Below, one piece after another: positions 6,823-15,213 of a stretch of 35,187 nucleotides of DNA; position 1 is the first letter of the stretch, and each line of letters begins with the position of its first letter. Under the pieces are notes generated by a model. It had not been told where the DNA came from. It did no database searches and worked only from the letters and a program-made list of their open reading frames with translations. Both the position numbers and the translations under genes were made by a program. The DNA is from a virus (lineage: Duplodnaviria; Caudoviricetes), in IMG/VR virus record IMGVR_UViG_3300009068_000095, positions 1-35,187 of that record. One strand, written 5' to 3'.

Positions 6823-7030
6823 AGATGGCTCAGCAGATGCAATGGTTCATTTTGACAAAGAAGGATTGGCTTTCTTGGTTCAGGAAGGGATTGTCGCAAT
6901 CCTATGGCAGTATATTAAACAACAGGAAACAAATGGCAAGAAAACTGTCAAAAGCAAAACGGATAGAAAACCTACTAAACCCGTCAGTTCAAGAGGCGTT
7001 AGAGCGAGAGCAAAGAAACTACAACTTTGA
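6788..7030 (+). CDS. hypothetical protein
   Basis: MEIKLEITRENEDGSADA; GAGG RBS. Confidence 0.7.
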   Translation: MEIKLEITRENEDGSADAMVHFDKEGLAFLVQEGIVAILWQYIKQQETNGKKTVKSKTDRKPTKPVSSRGVRARAKKLQL

Positions 7031-7229
7031 TTTGTATCAAATGGTAGGGCGTACTAGTCGCAGCGCTTCAGAGGCTTTTAGGGATGCTGAATATGCTTAC
7101 GCTATCCATAAGTTTGATGATGATTGGGCTTGGGTGGTGCGGCGTTTTTATAAAACCACGACAGATTTTGTAATGTCGGCATTTTTAGGTGGGATGGCTG
7201 TAGGATTTATTTACTGGATAACAAAATGA
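6933..7229 (+). CDS. hypothetical protein with C-terminal TM segment
   Basis: MARKLSK...RSASEAFRDAEYA...; AGGA RBS. Confidence 0.65.
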   Translation: MARKLSKAKRIENLLNPSVQEALEREQRNYNFDLYQMVGRTSRSASEAFRDAEYAYAIHKFDDDWAWVVRRFYKTTTDFVMSAFLGGMAVGFIYWITK

Positions 7230-7540
7230 AAACACGATTTGATTTAGAGGACGAGATATTTTCCGTAGAGCAGACCGGCAAAGATATTGAAATGCTGTTT
7301 AAAACTTACGGCGACCGCTCTTGGCCTATGACTGAGGATGAGGTAATGAATGCCCTTCTTGGAATCTACACCCTCCATGAGATGCGCTGCTATTGGTTAG
7401 ATGATACTTACAAACAAGTTCACCAGCTTAACGAGTACGCAACTCCGGAAGTAAAAGCCCGCCGAGAAGAGCTTATGGGCAAGATTTTAAAGAAGAAGAA
7501 AAAGAAGAAAAAAGAAATAGACATAGATGGGCGCTGCTAA
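7226..7540 (+). CDS. hypothetical protein
   Basis: RFDLEDEI...TEDEVMNALLGI; poly-Lys near the C-terminus. Confidence 0.75.
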   Translation: MKTRFDLEDEIFSVEQTGKDIEMLFKTYGDRSWPMTEDEVMNALLGIYTLHEMRCYWLDDTYKQVHQLNEYATPEVKARREELMGKILKKKKKKKKEIDIDGRC

Positions 7541-7683
7541 TGAACGACATGATAAGAGCACGAGTAAATAGTGAAGTGAAACAACAAGCTGAAGAAATTT
7601 TAAAGGCTCACGGACTTAACTTATCTGTTGCCATTCGGATGCTTTTAACCAAGATAGTTAGAGAAAAAGAATTTAAATTATGA
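7540..7683 (+). CDS. RelB/DinJ-like ribbon-helix-helix protein (47 aa, orphan)
   Basis: IRARVNSEVKQQAEEILKAHGLNLSVAIRMLLTKIVREK matches the DinJ/RelB N-domain pattern; TAATG and ATGA coupling. Confidence 0.8.
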   Translation: MNDMIRARVNSEVKQQAEEILKAHGLNLSVAIRMLLTKIVREKEFKL

Positions 7684-7826
7684 GTAGTTGGTTAATCATT
7701 CTCACAGGAGCAATTTATGCGTATATATCCGGAGAGCAGTATTTCAAAGGTAACGTGGGCATGGCTATTTGCTACGCTGGCTATGCTCTTGGTAATGTGG
7801 GTCTTTATATGATGGCAACAAAATAG
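7680..7826 (+). CDS. small two-TM membrane protein (48 aa)
   Basis: MSSWLIILTGAIYAYISGEQYFKGNVGMAICYAGYALGNVGLYMMATK*. Confidence 0.75.
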   Translation: MSSWLIILTGAIYAYISGEQYFKGNVGMAICYAGYALGNVGLYMMATK

Positions 7827-7834
7827 GAATAAAA

Positions 7835-8194
7835 ATGGATAAGAATGAGCAACTAGCATTTAATATTGGGTATGCTACCGGAGCCGTTACAACAGGGATT
7901 GTGGTTGCTTGCGTGGTTTTTATTGGCGTGATGATTTCTAAGCCGGCATGTGCACAACAGAGCTGGGAGAGAAGCCCAGACAACTGGCAAAACAGTCAAT
8001 ACAACTACAACAACAGCAGTACCAAATGGGAAAACAGTCCACAAAACTGGAACAATAGTCAATACAACTACAACGCTAACAACGGGGTTTACGATAATAG
8101 AGGAAACCGTATTGGATATGAGACCATAGCGCCTAGTGGTACAGTAAATTATTTTGATAACAATGGCGCACGCCATGGATACAGGAGCAAGTGA
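7835..8194 (+). CDS. exported or membrane-anchored Asn-rich repeat protein
   Basis: TM segment, then 7-aa-period NSxxN(W/Y) repeats and YDNRGNRIGY. Confidence 0.75.
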   Translation: MDKNEQLAFNIGYATGAVTTGIVVACVVFIGVMISKPACAQQSWERSPDNWQNSQYNYNNSSTKWENSPQNWNNSQYNYNANNGVYDNRGNRIGYETIAPSGTVNYFDNNGARHGYRSK

Positions 8195-8349
8195 TGGTGG
8201 ATTACAGTGAAACAATGCTAAGCATTAACAAGTCTATGAAAGAGATTAATGACTTTTTATTAGCTGGCGATAAAAAAGCTGCCGTAGGAATGTTATTAGC
8301 GGTCGCAGCAAGTGCGGAGATGTTGGCTGCATGGATTAAAAACAATTGA
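8194..8349 (+). CDS. hypothetical protein (51 aa)
   Basis: MVDYSETMLSINK...AAWIKNN*; AGGAG RBS; overlaps its neighbours. Confidence 0.65.
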   Translation: MVDYSETMLSINKSMKEINDFLLAGDKKAAVGMLLAVAASAEMLAAWIKNN

Positions 8350-9221
8350 AGATAACCAATAAATACGGATTACCAGAGACAATAGTCCAAGCGGTAAAGC
8401 GTCCTACCTATTCTAAGGGTGCTTCGCATATGTCGGTCACTGGCCTACTAACTAGCCCACGGATTGTCCAGCTGCGGGAGAAGTATGACCATCTGATAGA
8501 GCAGGATGTTACAGAACTTATTCCTTCTCTATGGGGTACGGCAATGCATTACATCCTAGAGCAAGGCAAAGTGCCCGGTCATATTGTGGAAGAGCGTCTC
8601 TTTGCTGAGCTAGATGGCTGGAGCGTTTCAGGAGCTATTGACTTGCAGATTGAGTCCGACAAAGGCATTGAGATTAACGACTATAAAAATGTTGGTGCTT
8701 GGGCGGTAATGAATGAGAAGAAAGAATGGGAAGAGCAGCTTAACTGTTATGCTTGGCTGGTAGAGTATGTAAAAAAAGCTCCCGTCCATAAGCTCGCTAT
8801 TATTGCTATTGTCAGAGACTGGAACAAACGGGATGCCCAAACTAAAGAAGGTTATCCAGAGGCTCGGGCGGTCGTCATACCAATTAAGTTATGGACAATG
8901 GAACAACGGGAACTATTTATCCGTAGCAAAATCCATATTCATTCCGAGGCTAAATTTGCAACAGATGCAACAGAAGTGTTACAATACTGTACAGCAGAGG
9001 AAATGTGGGAAAGACCAACAGTCTATGCCGTCAAGAAAGATGGCAATCAAAGAGCAAAGTCTTTACACGATACAGTAGAAGATGCAGAGGAAGAAGTAAA
9101 AAAATTGGGCAAAGGATATGTACTTGAAACACGCAAAGGCAGGAGAGTGCGCTGCGAAGAGTATTGCCAAGTAGCCCCATATTGTGACCAATACAAAGCG
9201 TATTTAGAGGAAAACCAATGA
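8346..9221 (+). CDS. PD-(D/E)xK exonuclease (Cas4/RecB-like)
   Basis: GTAMH, VEERL, SGAID, INDYK, QLNCY and a C-terminal RCEEYCQVAPYC cysteine cluster. Confidence 0.85.
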   Translation: MKITNKYGLPETIVQAVKRPTYSKGASHMSVTGLLTSPRIVQLREKYDHLIEQDVTELIPSLWGTAMHYILEQGKVPGHIVEERLFAELDGWSVSGAIDLQIESDKGIEINDYKNVGAWAVMNEKKEWEEQLNCYAWLVEYVKKAPVHKLAIIAIVRDWNKRDAQTKEGYPEARAVVIPIKLWTMEQRELFIRSKIHIHSEAKFATDATEVLQYCTAEEMWERPTVYAVKKDGNQRAKSLHDTVEDAEEEVKKLGKGYVLETRKGRRVRCEEYCQVAPYCDQYKAYLEENQ

Positions 9222-9433
9222 GTGCAAATGGTATGCAGGTAGGCGGTACGCATTACTCAAAGAATGCAATCCAGCCATGGGATTATATAGTTGCCAATGA
9301 CCTTGGCTATCTTGAGGGGAACATTGTTAAATACGTTTCCCGTTACCGGTTTAAGAATAATGTTGAGGACTTGCGTAAAGCCCAGCACTATTTGGAAAAG
9401 TTAATCGAAGTAGTACTTAAAGAGGAGAAGTGA
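9218..9433 (+). CDS. DUF3310 / SaV-like (T7 gp1.7-related) protein
   Basis: QVGGTHY, IQPWDYI, EGNIVKYVSRY, EDLRKAQHYLEKL. Confidence 0.9.
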   Translation: MSANGMQVGGTHYSKNAIQPWDYIVANDLGYLEGNIVKYVSRYRFKNNVEDLRKAQHYLEKLIEVVLKEEK

Positions 9434-9627
9434 TGAAGACAAGGCAAGAAATGATTTACGACTTTATGTTGGCATTAGCCCCAACAACAACTGACAAGTC
9501 TAAAGACATGTTGAAATTTTATGATGCGACTCGTAAAGAACCGCCAGATGATTTTGAAGAAATTCTATGTAATTCTATATATCAAGAAGCTGCATGTTTA
9601 GCTGATGCGTACTTGGAGAAACTATAA
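9430..9627 (+). CDS. hypothetical protein
   Basis: KTRQEMIYDFMLAL; GAGGAG RBS. Confidence 0.75.
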   Translation: MMKTRQEMIYDFMLALAPTTTDKSKDMLKFYDATRKEPPDDFEEILCNSIYQEAACLADAYLEKL

Positions 9628-9629
9628 TC

Positions 9630-10340
9630 ATGGAATACAAAGAACTGAGACAGATAGACGTCTCTAAATATACTGAGAAGAAAAATAATCTTACGTATCT
9701 ATCTTGGGCATGGGCGGTCGACCAGTTATTATTAGCTGACCCTAAAGCACATTGGTTTTATCCGGAGTATCAACGCTGGGGCGGTGGTTCTGTAATGGTA
9801 TTTTGTACTGTTATTGCCAATGATATAGCCCGTACAGCACAGCTTCCAGTAATGGACTATCGGAATAAGCCGATTTCTGAGCCGGATTCTTTTGCCGTCA
9901 ATACTGCTATGCAGCGTTGCTTAGCTAAGGCAATCGCCCTGCATGGAATTGGGCTATACATATACAACGGCGAAGACATTCCGCCGGATACTGGAGACAC
10001 TAAGCCAATGCCAGAAGTGCCAAATATCCCAGCACCTAAGGCAGCAGTTAAGAAAGCGGCAGAAATGTCTGTAAACAAACCCTTAACAGGGAAAACGGCA
10101 GGCAAGCCAGGAGAGTGGCAGTTAACAGTCATGGAAACAGAAGACGTTAACGCATGGATGGAGTCGTTAAAAGCCGGCGTAAATGCATTGCTGGCAATAG
10201 CTACCCATCCAGACGATGTAGCCAATATCTTTAAGAATAATCGTGTTGTGTTTGATAAAGCAAAAGAGTTAGACGAAAAAGCATATGCACAGATTATGGT
10301 AAGTTTTTCAGCAACAAAAAAATCATTAACTAAGGAGTAA
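9630..10340 (+). CDS. sak: Sak (Rad52-like, DUF1071) single-strand annealing protein
   Basis: LTYLSWAWA, LPVMDYRNK, VNTAMQRCLAKAIALHGIGLYIY.GED. Confidence 0.9.
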   Translation: MEYKELRQIDVSKYTEKKNNLTYLSWAWAVDQLLLADPKAHWFYPEYQRWGGGSVMVFCTVIANDIARTAQLPVMDYRNKPISEPDSFAVNTAMQRCLAKAIALHGIGLYIYNGEDIPPDTGDTKPMPEVPNIPAPKAAVKKAAEMSVNKPLTGKTAGKPGEWQLTVMETEDVNAWMESLKAGVNALLAIATHPDDVANIFKNNRVVFDKAKELDEKAYAQIMVSFSATKKSLTKE

Positions 10341-10342
10341 TT

Positions 10343-10612
10343 ATGGAATACGAAGTAAGACCAAACACCGGCTCACTACACATCTCTTCACAAAAGCGTA
10401 CCGAGAAGTCCCCCGATTTCTTTGGAACCATTGCGATTGACAGGGAATACGCCAAGCTTTTATTGGAGCAATCCGATGATGAGACGATTGCCGTTAAGTT
10501 ATCCGCATGGAAACGGGAATCCAAGACCGGAAACAAATTCCTATCGCTTGCAGTAGATACTTATGTTAAGGACGCAGCACCTAAATCTACGGACAAAGAC
10601 CCATGGGAGTGA
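10343..10612 (+). CDS. putative ssDNA-binding protein (DUF736-like)
   Basis: NTGSL, KSPDFFGTI, LSAWKRESKTGNKFLSL and an acidic DPWE tail; lies next to sak. Confidence 0.7.
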   Translation: MEYEVRPNTGSLHISSQKRTEKSPDFFGTIAIDREYAKLLLEQSDDETIAVKLSAWKRESKTGNKFLSLAVDTYVKDAAPKSTDKDPWE

Positions 10613-10785
10613 AGAAAATAGCGACAGAGAAGATTTTAGATGACCTAAAAGACGCTCTCAAAGACACTATCAAAGACAACATGGAAAAGGATACCGTGAT
10701 TAAAGACCTTATGTTAATCATTAATTATCTTGAATCTAAGCTGGGAATTTATAAAGGACTTGAGGATGCAGACGAGTCAGTTTGA
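10603..10785 (+). CDS. hypothetical protein
   Basis: ORF within the operon; helical. Confidence 0.6.
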   Translation: MGVKKIATEKILDDLKDALKDTIKDNMEKDTVIKDLMLIINYLESKLGIYKGLEDADESV

Positions 10786-11179
10786 GGCTAAAAAAGTCGC
10801 TCTTAAACAGACCAAGGATGGGTATGTTATGAACTTAGCTATCCATCCAGACGAAATACCCGACGAAATTGTAAAAGATTTTGTTGGGGCTCGTTACATG
10901 GTTGTTATGGTGCGCCTTGCAGACAATGAAGAGCCATTAAATCGTCAAGAGTTTGCTGGTGCTCAGATGGTTAAGCTGGCAGGAATGCTATGCCGAGATA
11001 AAGAGTTTTGGGATTACTTACACGAAACTGGTCAGCTATTTGAAATGACTGAGCCGGCTTGTGTGGAATGGTTAACTAGCTATTTAAAAATCAGCTCTCG
11101 GGCTGATATCAAAGTAAACATGACTGCCCAAAACGAACTAAAAGAACTATACACGGAGTACAAAGAGTGGAAAAACTAA
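10766..11179 (+). CDS. hypothetical protein
   Basis: MQTSQFEAKKVALKQ...AGMLCRDKEFW...ISSRADI. Confidence 0.75.
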   Translation: MQTSQFEAKKVALKQTKDGYVMNLAIHPDEIPDEIVKDFVGARYMVVMVRLADNEEPLNRQEFAGAQMVKLAGMLCRDKEFWDYLHETGQLFEMTEPACVEWLTSYLKISSRADIKVNMTAQNELKELYTEYKEWKN

Positions 11180-11445
11180 TCCCGTACAGCTTGTACCTTC
11201 CCCAAGAGCATATCAATAAGCTCAAGGGAATGGCTAAACAAAGAAAGGCTTCCGCATTTATTCGGGATGCTTTGATTATGGCTTTAGAAAACGGCGAAGA
11301 ATTTAACAGTGGATATAACAAAGGACTGCGGGATGCCTGTAAAGTGGTTTCTGAAAATGAGCACCTTAAGTTCTTGTCTTATAAGGGAAAACCGATGAAT
11401 ACTATGCTTGTCGACCAGCTTAAAATGTTAGCTAAACATGGATGA
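11167..11445 (+). CDS. RHH-like DNA-binding protein
   Basis: PYSLYLPQEHINKLK...ASAFIRDAL beta-alpha-alpha pattern. Confidence 0.6.
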   Translation: MEKLIPYSLYLPQEHINKLKGMAKQRKASAFIRDALIMALENGEEFNSGYNKGLRDACKVVSENEHLKFLSYKGKPMNTMLVDQLKMLAKHG

Positions 11446-11617
11446 TAAAAAGCATATGCGATTCTTGGCAGCTTGTTTTGCCTTGACGATAGCAGAACCT
11501 AAGAAAGCGGTACAACTAGCGGACGAACTCATGGAGGAGTTATACGGTGAAAAAAATATTGATAACGGGATTGCTGCTGTTGTCCCTAAGCGCAAGCGCA
11601 GCCGGAATAATAGCTGA
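11438..11617 (+). CDS. hypothetical protein (59 aa)
   Basis: MDDKKHMRFLAACFAL...AVQLADELMEEL...GIAAVVPKRKRS. Confidence 0.6.
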   Translation: MDDKKHMRFLAACFALTIAEPKKAVQLADELMEELYGEKNIDNGIAAVVPKRKRSRNNS

Positions 11618-11828
11618 ACTTGAGAATGAGGGTGGCGGTACCATTGCACTTACAGATATTGGTTGTAAAACTGTTGTTGGTGCCAATATTGCTTACTCTA
11701 ATCATCGTAATGGGAAACATATTTTAGGATGCTGGGTATCAGACAAAGAGAATGTGTACGTAAAGTGGTCTGATGGAGATATTAGGGAATACCCTTGGGT
11801 TAATTTTAAAAGGGATACCAAAATATGA
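11547..11828 (+). CDS. secreted hypothetical protein
   Basis: Signal peptide MKKILITGLLLLSLSASA; NEGGGTIALT, GCW; GGAGGAG RBS. Confidence 0.75.
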   Translation: MKKILITGLLLLSLSASAAGIIAELENEGGGTIALTDIGCKTVVGANIAYSNHRNGKHILGCWVSDKENVYVKWSDGDIREYPWVNFKRDTKI

Positions 11829-12172
11829 ACGCAAATGAACTAGCTGATGAATTAGAGGCTTGCTTTACTAGAGCAGATTGGGTACATGTAAACGAGTGTG
11901 CCACCATGCTACGCAACCAACAAGCCTTAATAGAAAATCTAAACGGACGCATCGAGCGCATGATTGAAAAGCAGAGCCACTATGAGGCAATGGAACACGC
12001 TGCAGGATTTGAGGCTGGTCGTCAGCTGGGGATGAAACAAGAGCGGGCATTATGGGAGTTGGCTGCATCTACACAGGAAATTGAAAACCAAACAAAACCA
12101 TCAAAGTATTCAGATGCATGGTGGAAAGAAGTAGAAGAATTTAACAAACAACTAAGGGAACAAAAGAAATGA
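11825..12172 (+). CDS. hypothetical protein
   Basis: MNANELADEL...ATMLRNQQALIE; ATGA coupling. Confidence 0.75.
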   Translation: MNANELADELEACFTRADWVHVNECATMLRNQQALIENLNGRIERMIEKQSHYEAMEHAAGFEAGRQLGMKQERALWELAASTQEIENQTKPSKYSDAWWKEVEEFNKQLREQKK

Positions 12173-12384
12173 AAAATTTTGATATAGAAGTATTTGTAAA
12201 AGACCTTGACAAGTTATTTAACGATATGCAAGACAAGGCAATCGCTGGTTCAGAGAACGTGGCTACCGCATCTTGGGTTATAAAACAACAGCTAGAAGAA
12301 ATTGAATACTGGAAACAGATGTTTGAAAAGGCAATGAAAACGCAGGAATTATCACAAGATATCCATTGGGAGAAACACTTATGA
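12169..12384 (+). CDS. hypothetical protein
   Basis: ATGA coupling. Confidence 0.7.
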   Translation: MKNFDIEVFVKDLDKLFNDMQDKAIAGSENVATASWVIKQQLEEIEYWKQMFEKAMKTQELSQDIHWEKHL

Positions 12385-12581
12385 CTACCTTTACTTCAGA
12401 AGACCGCATTTTGGCACAGAAAGATATAGACTTAGAAGAGGTTATACTAGCGCTTAAGGCCGCTGGATTTGCTGCCCCAGAATATGAAATATTACCTGAC
12501 GGAAGCACACATTTCTTTTATGGACAAAAAAACATTGATACTCCAGTATCTTTCAAAGAACCCGGGGACAAAAACATCTGA
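12381..12581 (+). CDS. hypothetical protein
   Basis: MTTFTSEDRI; GGAG RBS; ATGA overlap. Confidence 0.7.
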   Translation: MTTFTSEDRILAQKDIDLEEVILALKAAGFAAPEYEILPDGSTHFFYGQKNIDTPVSFKEPGDKNI

Positions 12582-12771
12582 TATGAGCTTGGGGATGAAT
12601 AATTCATCCTTGGGAATTCATCTAAGAAACTTGCAAGACAAAGGTTTATTAGTGAAAACCCAGTCTGGTGGATGGCAGGTATCAGAAAACTACATAATGA
12701 CTGCACAGCCCCCTATAAATACGCCCATAGACTTAGTTGGAATATGCGTTCGGAAAATGATTGATGTATAG
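12520..12771 (+). CDS. winged-HTH-like protein
   Basis: ILQYLSKNPG...SSLGIHLRNLQDKGLLVK..GGW. Confidence 0.6.
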   Translation: MDKKTLILQYLSKNPGTKTSDMSLGMNNSSLGIHLRNLQDKGLLVKTQSGGWQVSENYIMTAQPPINTPIDLVGICVRKMIDV

Positions 12772-13051
12772 GAATAAGAAATTACTTGAAATACTTAGAC
12801 AATCCCCATGCCAGATATGTGGTAGAGAAGACGGCACAGTTGTGGCTGCACATTCCAATCAGCTTCGGGATGGTAAAGGCAGAGGACTTAAAGCCCATGA
12901 CTACCGATGCGCTGCCCTATGTTTCACCTGCCATGCTGATATTGACCAGGGCAAATTGCTCTCCAAGGCTGAACGTATTGAAGCGTGGGAGGAAGCACAC
13001 CGCAAAACAATTGGCTGGCTTTTTGAAACAGAACACTTAGAGGTTAAATGA
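12761..13051 (+). CDS. DUF1364-like Zn-binding (HNH-related) phage protein
   Basis: PCQICG, TVVAAHSN, GKGRGLKAHD, LCFTCH. Confidence 0.8.
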   Translation: MMYRNKKLLEILRQSPCQICGREDGTVVAAHSNQLRDGKGRGLKAHDYRCAALCFTCHADIDQGKLLSKAERIEAWEEAHRKTIGWLFETEHLEVK

Positions 13052-13785
13052 GTAGAATAATTAGCTGGTTTTCTTGCGGCGCAGCAAGTGCTGTCGCTAC
13101 TAAATTAGCGATATCTGAAAGCACAACTCCGGTAGAGGTTGTCTATTGCCACGTCAAAGAAGAGCATCCAGACAATATGCGCTTTATGAAAGATTGTGAA
13201 CAATGGTTCGGTCAACCAATTACCGTTATTCAAAACGACAAATACAACGGCAGCATTTATGAGGTATTTGAGAAACGCAAGTACATTGTAGGTATAGCTG
13301 GTGCACCCTGCACAGTTCACCTCAAAAAAGATATGCGCCAGCAATTTGAGCTGCCGGATGACATTCAAGTATTTGGATATACAGCAGAAGAACAAGACCG
13401 AGTAGACCGCTTTATAGACGCTAACAATAGCGTTAAGTTGTGGTCTATTTTGATAGACAAAGGACTTGGAAAATCTGACTGTTTAGCCATGATTGATAGA
13501 GCTGGAATTGAATTGCCAGCAATGTATAAACTGGGATACCAAAACAATAACTGTATTGGGTGTGTAAAAGGCGGTCTCGGTTATTGGAATAAGATTAGAG
13601 TAGACTTCCCCGAACAGTTTAATCGCATGGCTTCCATGGAAAAATTGATTGGGGCAAAAATATTAAAGCACAAGGGTGAGCGTATTTGGTTGTCAGACTT
13701 ACCGGTTGGAGCTGGTGACTACCCAAAAGAACATGCCATTGAGTGCGGCATTTTTTGTCATATGGCAGAGGAAGAGATAAGGTAG
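13048..13785 (+). CDS. PAPS-reductase-family (PP-loop, Fe-S) protein
   Basis: SWFSCGAASAVA, EHPDNMRF, APCT, MYKLGYQNNNCIGCVKGG, ECGIFC. Confidence 0.8.
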   Translation: MSRIISWFSCGAASAVATKLAISESTTPVEVVYCHVKEEHPDNMRFMKDCEQWFGQPITVIQNDKYNGSIYEVFEKRKYIVGIAGAPCTVHLKKDMRQQFELPDDIQVFGYTAEEQDRVDRFIDANNSVKLWSILIDKGLGKSDCLAMIDRAGIELPAMYKLGYQNNNCIGCVKGGLGYWNKIRVDFPEQFNRMASMEKLIGAKILKHKGERIWLSDLPVGAGDYPKEHAIECGIFCHMAEEEIR

Positions 13786-13830
13786 GGGGCGACCGAAGGT
13801 CTGGACGCAGAGGAACGCCGCTACCCCCTA
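13783..13830. terminator. GC-rich stem between convergent operons
   Basis: TAGGGGG(13783-89)/CCCCCTA(13824-30) enclosing GACC-GAA-GGTC; no U tract. Confidence 0.4.
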
Positions 13831-14175
13831 TAGTTCGAGTGGGTCAAACCCTAATTCGTCTGATATAACTTTAGTGCGCCGTCTAAATTCGGCATCGTGA
13901 TGGCTCCATTTTTGAGTCTTCCAGCGACTCATATGGACGCATTCATGGATTAAAACACGGATAACTGTTGCTAAATGTCCGCATTTCTTGTCTGAGATAG
14001 TAATGACGTGCTCATACTGCTCTCCGTCATCATAAAGATAAGTGCCCATAGTCTCTGGGTCTGAATCTACAATAAACTTAATCTGCTCTGGCAATGGCAT
14101 AGGCCACCGTTGAAACGGCTTCATACAGTAAATTGCGCTGTATAAGTTGCGAAGAATAGATGGATTTAATTTCAT
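13828..14175 (-). CDS. SprT-like zinc metalloprotease
   Basis: LIHECVHM (HExxH) and HHDAEF. Confidence 0.75.
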   Translation of the reverse strand: MKLNPSILRNLYSAIYCMKPFQRWPMPLPEQIKFIVDSDPETMGTYLYDDGEQYEHVITISDKKCGHLATVIRVLIHECVHMSRWKTQKWSHHDAEFRRRTKVISDELGFDPLEL

Positions 14176-15134
14176 ACGTTGTTTATGCAGCCTCTGAACT
14201 CAAATTCGTCCTCACCGCAGACCTGAATAAGCTCTGGCAACATCAGTCTACCACGTTCAAAAGACAGTAAAGCAAACCCTGAACGCCAGTCTTTGCAGCC
14301 ATCTTCCGTGTAATGGGTGAACTGTTCCCCATAAATGTCCGCTAAAGTGCCTGTTTGAACGCCATAGCGGGTTCCGTTGTAGTCGGTAATAGGTTGCACT
14401 GCCAAATTGTGTGTGTGCCCTGTAACCATGTTTACGCCTGAATTAAGGGCATTGGCTCTTCCGGCTCCAAAACCACCTTTCCAACGGTGTTTAATGCAGG
14501 TATCCTCATTAACCCAATACGACCAGCAAGGCTGCCAGTGTGGGAAGTGGTCTTTAAGGGTAAACCCTGATACTCCCTCATACTGGGGTGCTTGAGCTGC
14601 CAAGAACGTTTCAAAACGGGCGTCATGGTTTCCCATCGTCCAGATTAATTGAGCTCCTATAGCTTCATTTTGGATGTTTCCCATGAAATCCTGGCAGGCT
14701 TCTAGCTCTTCTTTAACGGTAGGGCTATGTGTCCAGCCAATCCTAGGGTGTCGGCTATTCTGAGAGCCGTCAAATACGTCTCCATTTGCAATCACGACCT
14801 TAGGACGGAATTCCTTGATTATCATCAGAAGGGCTTTATAAGCCGTTGTATATTCGTCAGGCCAGAAATGGGCATCTGAGAAGACTACTACCCTTCCCTT
14901 ATCCATTTCAATACCCCTGCGGGCATTGCCAATGACTTGTTCTAGCTTTTTCAGGGGGGTATATCTTTGGTCTTCTAGTGAAGGAAGACTAATATTTAAC
15001 CGGTTTTCTATGGAACGGCGCCGATTGTAAACTGACCTAACGTCTAATCCATGTTCTTTAGCAAATTTCTGCGGACTGCCAATTTTTCTCCAAGATTCTA
15101 TAAATTGGTCATCTGTTAAAAAATATTTAGTCAC
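14172..15134 (-). CDS. calcineurin-like metallophosphoesterase with N-terminal HTH
   Basis: SDAH, NGDVFD, GNHD, GHTH. Confidence 0.88.
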   Translation of the reverse strand: MTKYFLTDDQFIESWRKIGSPQKFAKEHGLDVRSVYNRRRSIENRLNISLPSLEDQRYTPLKKLEQVIGNARRGIEMDKGRVVVFSDAHFWPDEYTTAYKALLMIIKEFRPKVVIANGDVFDGSQNSRHPRIGWTHSPTVKEELEACQDFMGNIQNEAIGAQLIWTMGNHDARFETFLAAQAPQYEGVSGFTLKDHFPHWQPCWSYWVNEDTCIKHRWKGGFGAGRANALNSGVNMVTGHTHNLAVQPITDYNGTRYGVQTGTLADIYGEQFTHYTEDGCKDWRSGFALLSFERGRLMLPELIQVCGEDEFEFRGCINNV

Positions 15135-15213
15135 GTTATTTTCCCCTGTTAGTCAACGCTAACCAGATAATACATTGATTTATAAGACATTTGTGTGAAG
15201 TTAGGGTATGTCC

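Noticed and set aside
8346-9221. CRISPR-associated Cas4
   Set aside because: Its context beside Sak and an SSB-like gene indicates a phage recombination exonuclease; no array or other cas genes.
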